64,000 nucleotides of DNA. Origin: Basidiobolus meristosporus CBS 931.73. Lineage: Eukaryota; Fungi; Basidiobolomycota. Below, piece by piece: positions 53,848 to 64,000 of this stretch; position 1 is the stretch's first letter, and the number at the start of each line of letters is the position of its first letter. The stretch covers positions 62,001-126,000 of the forward strand of contig MCFE01000005.1 in assembly GCA_002104905.1 (NCBI GenBank), in the 5' to 3' direction. Below the pieces are notes generated by a model. It saw only the letters and a list, made by a program, of their open reading frames with translations. It did no database searches and was not told the origin of the DNA. The translations under genes were made by a program, and so were the position numbers.

Positions 53848-54562
53848 TGGATATATCTGCTCGCCATCCAGTTAAGCAATAAACGTACTTGAGTTACAAC
53901 CATTCAACACCATTCAACGATTGAAGTACACATATATGTTCACAACCGATGCAAGCTTGTGACCAATTGATATATATAGTTACTTCTGTAGTCTTTGGAG
54001 GTCACTCGAACGCCAGCACCCTCTGTTGAATATACACGTAGCATTGAGTGCACAGCCCCATTAGCTATCATTACACGTCCTTCTTCTTCTTGGTCCCCTT
54101 GGCAGGCGATTCCTAAAAAGATGGATCAATACCTACTTTACTTTGTGCCAGGTTTGCACAAAACTACCTTGGTTGATTTACCTGAAACAAAAAGGGTTGA
54201 GTTCAGAAGGTTCATTTTCAAACCAAATCACATTCACTTACGTTTCTTATCTGTCGCACTACTTTCATTCCCTGCATCCGAAACTTCTTGATTGCTAGCC
54301 GGGGTATATGGGGAGGATCCACGTCCAGGCTCTGCAGACAGGCCGGTTCTTTGCATGGTTAGAAGTCTGGATTTTGCTTGAGACTTAGAGGGATACTTAC
54401 TTGCGGCCCGCAACCCGGTTAGAGCTGCGGCTGGCAAAGCCTAAACACTTCTCGAGATGCGTGGAATATCTGGCGGCTGGTAAGTAACGTTTGCAATTTA
54501 CGCAGCAGAATGTCTCTTGCGTATTGGCCGTTGGATCATTACCCCATACATCGTAACCGGGT

Positions 54563-55148
54563 CTAGACGGAATGAATACTACAGATTGGGGGTCTAAGTG
54601 GGTTGAACTCTAAATTCGGTGTCAGCTTGAAACAACATACAATAATCGCGACACCTAAATTACGAAAAAAGGTTAGCAACAATCTTGAGGATTCCAACAG
54701 GACAAGCAGCGGATTTACTTGTTTTGGCATAGCTGGCAAACCGTGCTGGCTAATTTGTATTCCTTGTGAACCGAATAACACACATCAAGGGCACACTCAT
54801 CTATCAGATCACCTAATAGAGTGTATGCCTTTCATGGCTTGGTTAAGATAGAAGGTAAACAACCCGATTGTAAATGCAAGCCCTACAATATCCATTATAC
54901 TAGCATTCCCCTCAGGGAATTTCTTTTTTCCTTTGAGCACTTGTTTTGTCTGTTGAAGATCTTCGATCTTGCGAGTGTATTGCTGAAGCAACCTTTTAAA
55001 CACCCTATTTGAATGCTGACAGGTTAGAGAAGCAGAATTCGTAGTGCAAGGTAAGATCCGTCAGATCAAGTGAAGAAGCTTGTGCTTCAGGAACGTACGC
55101 ATCCTGTTTGGAATCACTACCGCTTGGTGAGGACGCGTTGACTGTCAT
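54563..55148 (-). CDS. Possible small multi-exon hypothetical (membrane) protein
   Basis: ATG at 55148 and ORFs 54809-55003 and 54563-54781 can be joined by GT-AG introns; hydrophobic segments present; alternative splicings are equally possible. Confidence 0.3.
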
Positions 55149-55715
55149 CTTACTAGTATTGCTACTCAATCAACACACCACTTGAAAAAGATTGTACAGC
55201 AGACTGGCACACACCATCAACATTGATCTGATCATGATCCACCGCATCCCCTGAATCAGCCAAATACATACATCAGGGACTATTAAGGATTTTGGCCGGC
55301 GAAGTTCCTTTTTCGTACAAGTTGGGTTAATATTGTTGCGGGATCACCCAATTTCATCATGGTATTTCGTGGATATCAACGGGTTTACCAAATCCCAGTT
55401 CAAGCCCCTCCGCACTCTGCATTTCTATGACGCTCGCATTCATAAGTGGTATTTGTACACGACGCCTTGGTTGCTGGGATTCGATAGCATATCCTGGCGC
55501 ATGCTTCATCATGAACTCGATTATCAGAGTTGGTGGTTTTCTATGCAGCAGGCACATTGTTGGAAATGGTTGGTAATTCTTGTCTTGATACCTAAATATG
55601 CCATTAACTTGGTCACTTGGCTAATGAGCTTTACTATTTCCTGGTCAAATTCTTTGTCAGGATTTACTTATCGAATTTTTATGTTCTGGGTGTTGTAAGA
55701 GTTTTGGAGACATGA

Positions 55716-56290
55716 TCTTGGCAAAACAAACATGTAGAATATGTCTAGGAAGGTCCCAAGAATATGTGCGCAAAGCTTGGGGCTGTTTGGACAACTTAAC
55801 AATTTTTCATGTTCTGGGTACCTGATGTTTTGGTGAAAATATTCCAAGTAAATCCCGACAAGCAATTTGGCCAGAATTTACTAAAATTTGTAGACTAGGA
55901 TGTGAAAGATCTCAAAGCTGTCCAAACAGCCCCAAACCATGCACATATGTTCTTGGTATTGCAAGATTCTAGTGATCTTCACCTGATAATTAATTGAATG
56001 CAAAAGTGGTATTTATGCTTTTACCAGGTCTTGGCAAAGCAAGCACGTAGAATATGCTTAGGAAGGTTCCAAGTGTTGTAAATATTTAGTTTACACCTAA
56101 ATCATTGATATAATGTAAGATTCCTCTTAGCTTATTGCTAAATAACGAATTCTCTACTTCAGTTCGTAAGATATTAGCTAATTCTTGGAATTAGTGAAGG
56201 CCTGGAAGTTATCAACATTCTCAAACTCGCCTAAAAGCTTCCAAACTTTGCACACAGCTTTCTGGGACCTTCCACAAGACATTTTTAGCA
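55716..56290. repeat. Cluster of degenerate repeat units in both orientations, including a ~200-bp MITE-like unit (55756-55956)
   Basis: Perfect 17-bp inverted repeat TTGGGGCTGTTTGGACA (55777-55793 / 55919-55935) within ~42-bp imperfect arms; direct copy 55716-55760 vs 56029-56073; inverted copy ~56241-56273. Confidence 0.6.
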
Positions 56291-57728
56291 TCGGTTCACC
56301 AAGTCTCCCTAAAAGTATAAACACTTGAACTCAATTAAACAGGTGAATATCATGCAATTCTTCTGGTTCTCCAAATCACTTCCAATAAGTCCAAAACTAT
56401 TACAACAAAATTGACTATTTCTTGACCAAATTTGTTGCGTTTACGTGAGTAATACTCTTGCTACTCACATTATTAACATCATAGGTATGAATACAAATGA
56501 GCATAAATTCTCATAATCGTCCGTTGGTATTCTTGCCGGTCTTGTCGAAAATCGGATTGACAAACGCCAAGAAATTAAACTTTGAATAAAAGAACTCGAT
56601 GAAATAGATGTATATACACAACTTGTTATAGATCGGACCCAAAACGCACTTAAAATTGGCGCATCTGAAAAAATCGATATATTGGTCATTTAGGTTGCGC
56701 CGAATCTATTACCCAAATGGAGAGAAAATATCTGGACCTTCTCAAGTTCTTACGGCCAAACGGTTGATCGCCAATGGTGTTCATAAAGATTGCTATTAAA
56801 ATGGATTTTATACAGGTACGTATGCAACTTCATATCCTCTTACTTCTCGGTTTTTACAGCTCTAAAGAAAGCTCTACAATCATATCCGAGATTTTGACGA
56901 AGGCTAATATCGCAGCAAATCAACAGTTACGCGTAACATCAGCTATCTGCTACGTAGTACTGGCCAAGAAATTCCAGAGAAAAACAGCAACTTCTAATCA
57001 AATTTTGGTTTACGGGTAACAGTTTTCCAGTCCATCCAATTTGGCAAACATATCAGATCACCTTTTTTCGACCTAAGTTAGCAATATTCACATGTTCTAT
57101 ATGGATATGGGAATACCAGATAGATAGATCCTGATGTTTATTTCTATAAAGATCTACTATAGAGGTGTTTCCCAACAGCAAGGCAAATAAGGTCACCAAC
57201 CATAGCACACTCAGCACCGGAAACATAGTTGGTTGGTGGTACTAGTATTTTCCGAGGGATATGGTGGGTGATCATGCTGAAAGAAGGGGGATCTATAAAT
57301 GCTCGACAGGGGGGAGGGAGGGAGTCAACTTATCCATTTAGAGAAGCTACAAGATTCAAGCTTGTCTCCACTGGGGTTGTTGTAGGTCAACTGCCAGTTC
57401 TCTTTCCTATTATTGATGGCTTCACTATATACTTCATACTTGTCATTTGAGAATCCCTAACTAGGCTCGGGAGTCCAGCATACCAATTTGATTAGCTATA
57501 TGGTATTTCAGGATCTTTTATTGCCATTGGGGTTGATATAATTTACATTATGTTGTTGTAGAGGACTGCTCATGGATGTTACGTACGGGCACATTTAACA
57601 TAAAACAAAAACAGTCGAATTTTACACTACGAAGACTCCAACGAGGTTGGTGTGAGACGTATATATAGACAAAGCGTACAGAGACACATTGACCACACAG
57701 GCTTCCAAGGATATTGGCTATCACTACT

Positions 57729-60386
57729 CTAATGGCTGATAAGATTGTAGGCGATAGCCAACTCGGCATCAGAAACATATTCAGTTGTTTGAAGTGTGCT
57801 CATGGGTCTAGTGTTCCCCAAGGAAGAGGAAGATTGAAGGCCAGACTCAAGAGTAGGCCTATAAGTGTTTGGATAGATGGATGTAAAAGTGCATCCTTCG
57901 AGTGCCAATGAGAAATCGGAGGTTGCTTCTGCTGTGCTGCTTGTCGTGCGTTCACGGTCAGATGGGTTGGGTATGGCCGTTGAAGCACACTGAATAATGA
58001 AATCGTTCCACTCATCGAAATTGGAGCCCATCTCATGATCTCTGGAGGTGGTATTGTCGAACTTTCCCCCGATTCCGGTTGTGTTGGGTACGAACAATGC
58101 AGGATTGAGCGTACTGGTGCTTGGAATGCCACTATTGCTAGCTTGTTCAAAGACTCCGGGTATGACATACGGGTCCAAAGTAGCTATCGCATCAAAGTTG
58201 GGCGAGGTCCGTTCTCCAACAACCTTCAAAGCACCTTCTACGTAGGGAGGTATGTCTAAAAACCCCATGGTAAGGCTTGTGGGATAAAGGGATGTTCTTA
58301 CTAAGGCTTCATCTTTTAGGTTGAGACCTAGCAAGTATTGATTTTGCTGGATTCTGGCTGGCGACTGATCCATAGAGATGGCATTGGGCCTGGCTGATAG
58401 TGAATCAATGGTTGATGATTCAACACCAGTTTCTTGCTTGGGAGTGACGTTATTTTCCACTATTATGTCAGACAGAATGGTGTAATATCTTCCAGCATAG
58501 CCACATCGCTCTCGAATTTGCTTGAGTGTTTCTAGGTTCTTGAACAAGCTAGTTCGCGACTTATTGGCAATCAGTTGATCGGACGACTTCACTTGTAAAA
58601 GAAGTATCGTGCTCGCAGTGAAGATTGGGAACAGAAGAAACAAAGCTATCTCTGATGTTCCATGGCAGCTCACACATGAGGTCACAATATTGGTCAGACT
58701 GTTTGCTGCATCCGTGCAGATCTGGGATGAGGAGGACTGGGAGGTAGCTGAGGACTCAGGTCTCAGTACGAAGGGCCGGTGTAATAAAATCAATGCACAG
58801 TGATACCAGACATGGGCGTAGATCAGCGTGGGACTTTTAGGTAGATTCCCTGTGATATAGTTCGTAGGAACATAGGCAAGGTCAGCTGGCAATGAGTTTA
58901 ACCACACATTTAGCTCAGAATCTAGATCTATTAAGCTCGTGCAGGATTTCTGGTAGTTTCTGGTTTTTGGGGTTCTAACTATGTACATGGTGCTCAAAAT
59001 ACGGCCAATCAGTTCGTGAAGCTTTATCACCTCATGGAATGGCCTTAAGGATAGCCCGGTGCGCGGCGAGACACCATTTGGTGTCAATAGGTCGTCGTCC
59101 GTTAAGGATGGCAGCGGTGTATCAAACTGCTGGTCATCAATAGACACAGGCCTCCCTACGCATACACTAGAGAACCGATCTATCAGGTAGCACACCCACC
59201 AAGTCCGCTTTCTTGTTTCCTTCTCTGCTGTTGTTAGCTTGATGTTCCATATATCGGGGTCGCGATGCAGTCCGAGGTCTTCAGCCATTCTAATGGCTAT
59301 GCCACTGTACATCCACGATGTCATCCCACCTTGAGATATGTGGAAATAGATGGACATCAGTACCAAGCCTTGAACATTTTCTATTGAACTAACATCATAT
59401 GCTTGATCCAAGAGAGTCCGTGCCTTCTTAAAGAAACCTTCCGCATCCAGATTTTCCTTGTTCAATATGTTCTCAGATGATATTAGAGCGGCAGAAAGTG
59501 AAAACATCGCATTCACGAGAAAATACGGCATTTCTTGTTCATTTCGATTCAAGCGCTCCATGAACTCCTCTTTGTGAAGCAGCGGGAAAACAGGATTGAT
59601 TTTCGAAAAGTACACATCCACAAGGTAAGCAAAAAGATTTGGAGACGGTAGCGCAGTAGGATCTGGATTGATATCGATGCGGTTGATAGTTGCTGTGACT
59701 CGCGGTCTTATTTTGAAAAGGTCGTTTTGGTACTTTTGTGAGTCTTGGAGTAGGTACAGGCCAGAACTTTTCCCGCAGTGGCGCATTCGCCCCTCATCAT
59801 CTAATAACAGCTGATCTCTATTGTCACAAATTTTTTCCACTTCAGGGTCAGTAGTAAGGGCAATGTGTTGTCTCGTTGTGGCATGCATTTTAGGTTGGGT
59901 AGTCAGTAAGTTGTCTGGCGTGTGCAAGTTCTGTGGGGGCGTACTATCATCGGATTTATCAATTGTGATGGCGGGAGTGTTGGGGGCACAAGTCATACTG
60001 GCAGATGGAGTATCCAGAGCGTGTGAGCCTGGAAATTTTGTGTATCTGAATTCTAGTGGCTTGGCTTTGGGTGGAGTTATGATAGCGGAATCCCTGTCCT
60101 CTTCGAGTTTCCGCACTTCATGCATAACAGCATCGGCCATTTGTGGACCGTTCTGGACGAGCTCACCAAAAATATGCTCCATTCTATGCAGTCTACTGTC
60201 AATCGCTTCTATATAACTTCTTGGAGGTCCTCGCTTCTTCTTAATGCCGTTATAAGTACACTCTATGCCGTAAGACAGACAATTTGAACATTCAGGATGT
60301 TCGCCATCGCATCGTATCTTCTTCCTACGACAAGTATTACATGCTCTACTAGCGCGTTGTCTTCTGTAACTGTCTTCGGCATTCAT
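57729..60386 (-). CDS. Zn2Cys6 transcription factor, copy B (885 aa, intronless), paralogue of copy A ~8.8 kb away
   Basis: RASRACNTCRRKKIRCDGEHPECSNCLSYGIECTY; same MHR domain; flanking non-coding similarity on both sides. Confidence 0.93.
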   Translation of the reverse strand: MNAEDSYRRQRASRACNTCRRKKIRCDGEHPECSNCLSYGIECTYNGIKKKRGPPRSYIEAIDSRLHRMEHIFGELVQNGPQMADAVMHEVRKLEEDRDSAIITPPKAKPLEFRYTKFPGSHALDTPSASMTCAPNTPAITIDKSDDSTPPQNLHTPDNLLTTQPKMHATTRQHIALTTDPEVEKICDNRDQLLLDDEGRMRHCGKSSGLYLLQDSQKYQNDLFKIRPRVTATINRIDINPDPTALPSPNLFAYLVDVYFSKINPVFPLLHKEEFMERLNRNEQEMPYFLVNAMFSLSAALISSENILNKENLDAEGFFKKARTLLDQAYDVSSIENVQGLVLMSIYFHISQGGMTSWMYSGIAIRMAEDLGLHRDPDIWNIKLTTAEKETRKRTWWVCYLIDRFSSVCVGRPVSIDDQQFDTPLPSLTDDDLLTPNGVSPRTGLSLRPFHEVIKLHELIGRILSTMYIVRTPKTRNYQKSCTSLIDLDSELNVWLNSLPADLAYVPTNYITGNLPKSPTLIYAHVWYHCALILLHRPFVLRPESSATSQSSSSQICTDAANSLTNIVTSCVSCHGTSEIALFLLFPIFTASTILLLQVKSSDQLIANKSRTSLFKNLETLKQIRERCGYAGRYYTILSDIIVENNVTPKQETGVESSTIDSLSARPNAISMDQSPARIQQNQYLLGLNLKDEALVRTSLYPTSLTMGFLDIPPYVEGALKVVGERTSPNFDAIATLDPYVIPGVFEQASNSGIPSTSTLNPALFVPNTTGIGGKFDNTTSRDHEMGSNFDEWNDFIIQCASTAIPNPSDRERTTSSTAEATSDFSLALEGCTFTSIYPNTYRPTLESGLQSSSSLGNTRPMSTLQTTEYVSDAELAIAYNLISH

Positions 60387-61694
60387 ATGGACCTTAGCAG
60401 AATATAAGACCTTCCTTGGAATAATGAATGGTTGCAGAGTTTATATTCGAAGAAAAATCACCCAAGTGGTGTGTGGTAACGAATGAGTTTCATGCGATTT
60501 ATATCGGACAGGCAGAACCATTGGAGCTTAGAGATAGGATGGTTAAACCTACTTGGGCAAATCTACAGTGATTAAGACGTTGTTGCATCAAAATTGGCTT
60601 GCTATCAAACCATTCCTAGCTTGCGCAAGAACCATCGAGCCATGAAGATTTTGTGTCTGAATATATCCCGATTAACCTATTTTATAACCATAATGAATTT
60701 GGAAGGAGATCAATTCTGTGTTGTCTGGCACCTAACATCCGCAGGGTGGCCAATGTACTACGTTCAAGTTTGATCATCTTCGGAGGTCTCTAAAAGGCAA
60801 GATATAAGAATGACATTTCACACGTGAATAAATCGACGAAGTAATCCTCAAGCCAGGCTGCAAAAACATCGATGTTTCACTTTCGATTTTGTTTTGCCTT
60901 GGTAGATATGGTACTTTGAAAATACCAGCGGAAGAGAAGAACGGCATCAAGCTCAAAAAGCTAACGGAATTAGCAAGCGTATTTCCCGCATTTTTTCGCT
61001 CATGACCTCCCAATTCCCGATATCTATTTCAACAGCCAATAGCTTTCATTCTCCCGCCGATATCTGTTGCCCCACTGCTTCTGTGTTTTTCCCGGGAATA
61101 TTGACTACTTGTCTCGAAGATCTGTTACATCGTAGCTTGATTAATAAACCCGATAAGCCTTACTTTCCTTTTGAGATGATGGCATGAATGCTTTTGGAAG
61201 TGCGGCACACCAAATCAATTAGGAACACAGAAGTGGTATGCAGAATTGATAGGTTACAAAGGGTGAGCGGTGCTGCCTCTCCTTTCCATTCAATCCACAA
61301 GAGAGCCTCACGTGCACTCAAAAGAAGCCGGCTGACACTTTGCGTTCCAAATTGATCTGTGTGCTCTGTAGAAGGTTATCCAGATATGTTGAGTATTAAG
61401 CAACTGTACTTACGGAAATAAGCTGATGCTGATCAAGCAGATATCCACCCAAAAATCCCGCTTTCGTTTTTGATTGTCAGATGCCCCCGAATATATTGGG
61501 CTTGACGCATAGTCCTTGTATTATTGACAAGTATTAAGCAGTTTGTGATCTACTCAGCACCACTGGAGCTGGTTAATAATCTTGTCAGTTTTTTCAGCTT
61601 ACAGTGCTACTTGCATATGCTTCCATTTATATAACAAGGCAGGATGGCTTCCATGAGATGGCCCTGTACTTGATAGAAATGAAATCCTAGCAGC

Positions 61695-61790
61695 ATGTGT
61701 GCAAAATCTGGGGGCCTTTGGACAACTTTGACAATATTATGTTCTGTTTACCTGATATTATAGTAAAATACACCAAGTATATTTCAACAA
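61695..61790 (+). repeat. Dispersed copy of the 55.7-kb repeat family
   Basis: atgtgtgcaaaatctgggggcctttggacaactttgacaat...acctgat aligns to 55763-55850. Confidence 0.6.
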
Positions 61791-62499
61791 AAAAGCCTGG
61801 ACAAGGCAATTTTTGGTGAATCAACTATGATATCAGTCACCAGGTTAATGGAATACTTTGGCGCAGTTACAAATTTACAGCATCTATTGTAGTTAGTTGA
61901 ATACTCCTATGAAAAATCTCAAAGTTGGAACTCATTGGATTTTTAGCTTGTATCCTGATGGTATTCTGCTGGCATTCAGCAGGTGTTTATGATTCAAATT
62001 TTCAGTTACAATTTTTGGTGGAAGTAATGAGCAGCTGATTACCCAGTTTGGTGTGATTGGTAGTTGGCCTAGTCTCCCCCAGGAAATAGCATATGCTTGT
62101 CTGCTGTGAAGCTATTGACTGCAATACCAAGAGTTGTCACTTTTAGGAAAGTTGGCATTTGGCTGATGTTAGGATGGGATTCTGCTGGCCTTTTCTTAGT
62201 TTTTTTTGGGGTGTACTAGAGTAAAGTCCCATATAGAACTTGGGTAAGAAATCCCAAGACCAATAAGCTGTGATTGGCTCAAAACATATCACCTATAACT
62301 AAGGAATGATTAGAAGCTCAAGTAGATTATGTGTTTTTCACATAATGATTGTTTAAATGTAAGACAAGTGTTTTTACTTTTGTGTATCCCTAAGCAAAAA
62401 ATTATCAAAAGGTCAGCAGAATACCATCCTAACGTCAGCTGAATTCCAACATTCCCAAAAGTGACTACTCTCAGTATCTCATGTACTAGCCTCTCAGCA

Positions 62500-64000
62500 G
62501 ACCCATCAGGCTGGTCCATATACATGTCCTCATCAAGTTCTCCATTCAAAAATGCAGTTTTTACATCCATTTGATGAATAAAAAGCTTATATTTGCTGCA
62601 ATAGCCAATATTAATCTGATGGAATTAAACTTGGCTACTGGTGCAAAGGTCTCAGTATAGTCAAGTCCTTTTGTTTGAGAGTATCCTTTGGCTACAAGTC
62701 TTGCATTGTATCTTTCAATTGTACCATCAGCCTTGTATTTTGTCTTGAAGACCCATCTGCATCCAATTGATTTTTGGTTGATTGGTAATTTGACTAAGTC
62801 CCAAGTTTGATTTTCCATCAGGGCCTGATATTCCTCAGTCATTGCAGATCTCCAAAACTTTGTCTGAGGGCTATTTAGGGCCTCTTTTACAGTTTGGGGT
62901 TTATCAATATGGACTAAATAGGCATAGGCTAAGTTTGTACCCTCATTGATATAGTAATTTGGGCTATTTCTTGTCTGATTGGATCTCCGGGCATTTGATA
63001 CTAGAATGATCACTTCTGAGATATTCCTGGGCACTGATTCTGGCTGAACCATGGTTGTAGAGCTCTCTGGAGTGAAAAAATTTTCATTGTTTTGCTCAAA
63101 TTCAATCCTGACAATTAGTGGATTTGAGATCAGATTTTTGTCATCATCTGATGTCATTTTTTGTGCAAACTTTGAATTCTCATCAAACAACACATCCCTG
63201 GACTTGATCAGCTTCTTTGCTTTGGTATTGTAGAGTCTGTATGCTTTACTCTCATTGCAGTAGCCTAAAAATATGCATTTTACACTTTTTGGCTCAAATT
63301 TTGACTGATTTCCAAACAGTTTCTTGGCATATGCTGTACACCCAAATATTCTTAGATGTTCTGCACTTGATCTGTATCCGTACCATGCTTCAAATGGAGT
63401 AGAATCACAAGGTATTCTGTTATAACTCCTATTTTTAAGATATACAGCAGTGGCAACTGATTCTGCCCAAAAATCATAGGATATTTTTTGATCATGGATA
63501 ATAGATCTTGCCATATCAATTATTGATCTGTTAGCTTGTTCTGCTACTCTATTTGCTGTGCGGAGTATGGTACAGTAGTCTCTTGCTTTATCCCATGAAT
63601 TTTGCAGAAGTGGATGAAGAGTTTTGAGGTATATTCTCCACCATTGTCAGAGTGTATTTTCTTGATTTTTTCACCAGTTTCTCTCTCCACCATGGCTTTA
63701 AACTCCCTGAACTTAGACAGAGCTTCTTCCTTTCTCTCCATGAATTAGACCCATGTGTATCTTGTATAATCATCAATAAGAGTGAATAAATACTTCATCC
63801 TGCCTAAGGATAAATTTTGCATAGGTCCACACAGATCTGAGTGAATTGGATCTAATTTTTTCTTAGTTTTGATTAACCCAGAGCTCTTGAACGGTTGTCT
63901 GGCTTGTTTCCCATATATGCAGGCTTCACAGTGCTCCAAACTGGCTGGGGGATCAATTTTTACTCCAGAAATTAGCTGATCTTTGATCATTTTGCGCAAA
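62500..64000 (-). mobile_element. Decayed Ty1/copia LTR-retrotransposon pol (GAG-pre-integrase, integrase, start of RT); continues beyond the window
   Basis: HCEACIYGKQAR, HSDLCGP, IHSDNGGEY, FWAESVATAVYLKNR, HLRIFGC, KCIFLGY, WDLVKLP...GCRWVFKTK...ARLVAKGYSQ..GLDYTETFAPV, MDVKTAFLNG. In-frame stop at 63742-63744 and frameshifts near 63553 and 62570. Homology stops after QPDG, before the YVDD motif. Confidence 0.95.

Noticed and set aside
61020-61130. Myb/SANT-like fragment on the minus strand (DLRDK*SIFPGKTQKQWGNRY)
   Set aside because: Short, flanked by stops and no second repeat; insufficient support.

Overview
Gene-dense, intron-containing eukaryotic DNA from a fungus. Gene content, short GT-AG introns and moderate GC suggest an early-diverging lineage (Mucoromycota/Zoopagomycota-like); this is inference. 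Core genes: tandem ALDH8A1-like pair, SPX-domain phosphate transporter, tetraspanin, U1-type zinc-finger protein, Bem2-like PH/RasGEF/RhoGAP, Siz1/PIAS, RpiB, Rab5/Vps21, Rps7, Kri1, RUS1-family protein, BAR-PH-ArfGAP-ANK protein, DDHD phospholipase, tail-anchored TPR protein and Bem1. Two accessory zones stand out. (1) At 4.8-7.3 kb, a ~585-bp-arm inverted repeat in which each arm carries a divergently oriented 32/35-codon ORF (acidic N-half, (Gly-Phe-Arg)n C-half) that the ORF track misses. (2) At 48.8-64 kb, two duplicated Zn2Cys6 transcription factors bracket a three-exon secreted protein with two defensin-like six-cysteine modules (reconstructed here across introns), a SERTA-like ORF and a degenerate repeat family; a decayed, CpG-depleted Ty1/copia element follows. 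All three local duplications show patchy near-identity suggestive of gene conversion. Exon boundaries were read by eye and need RNA-seq confirmation.
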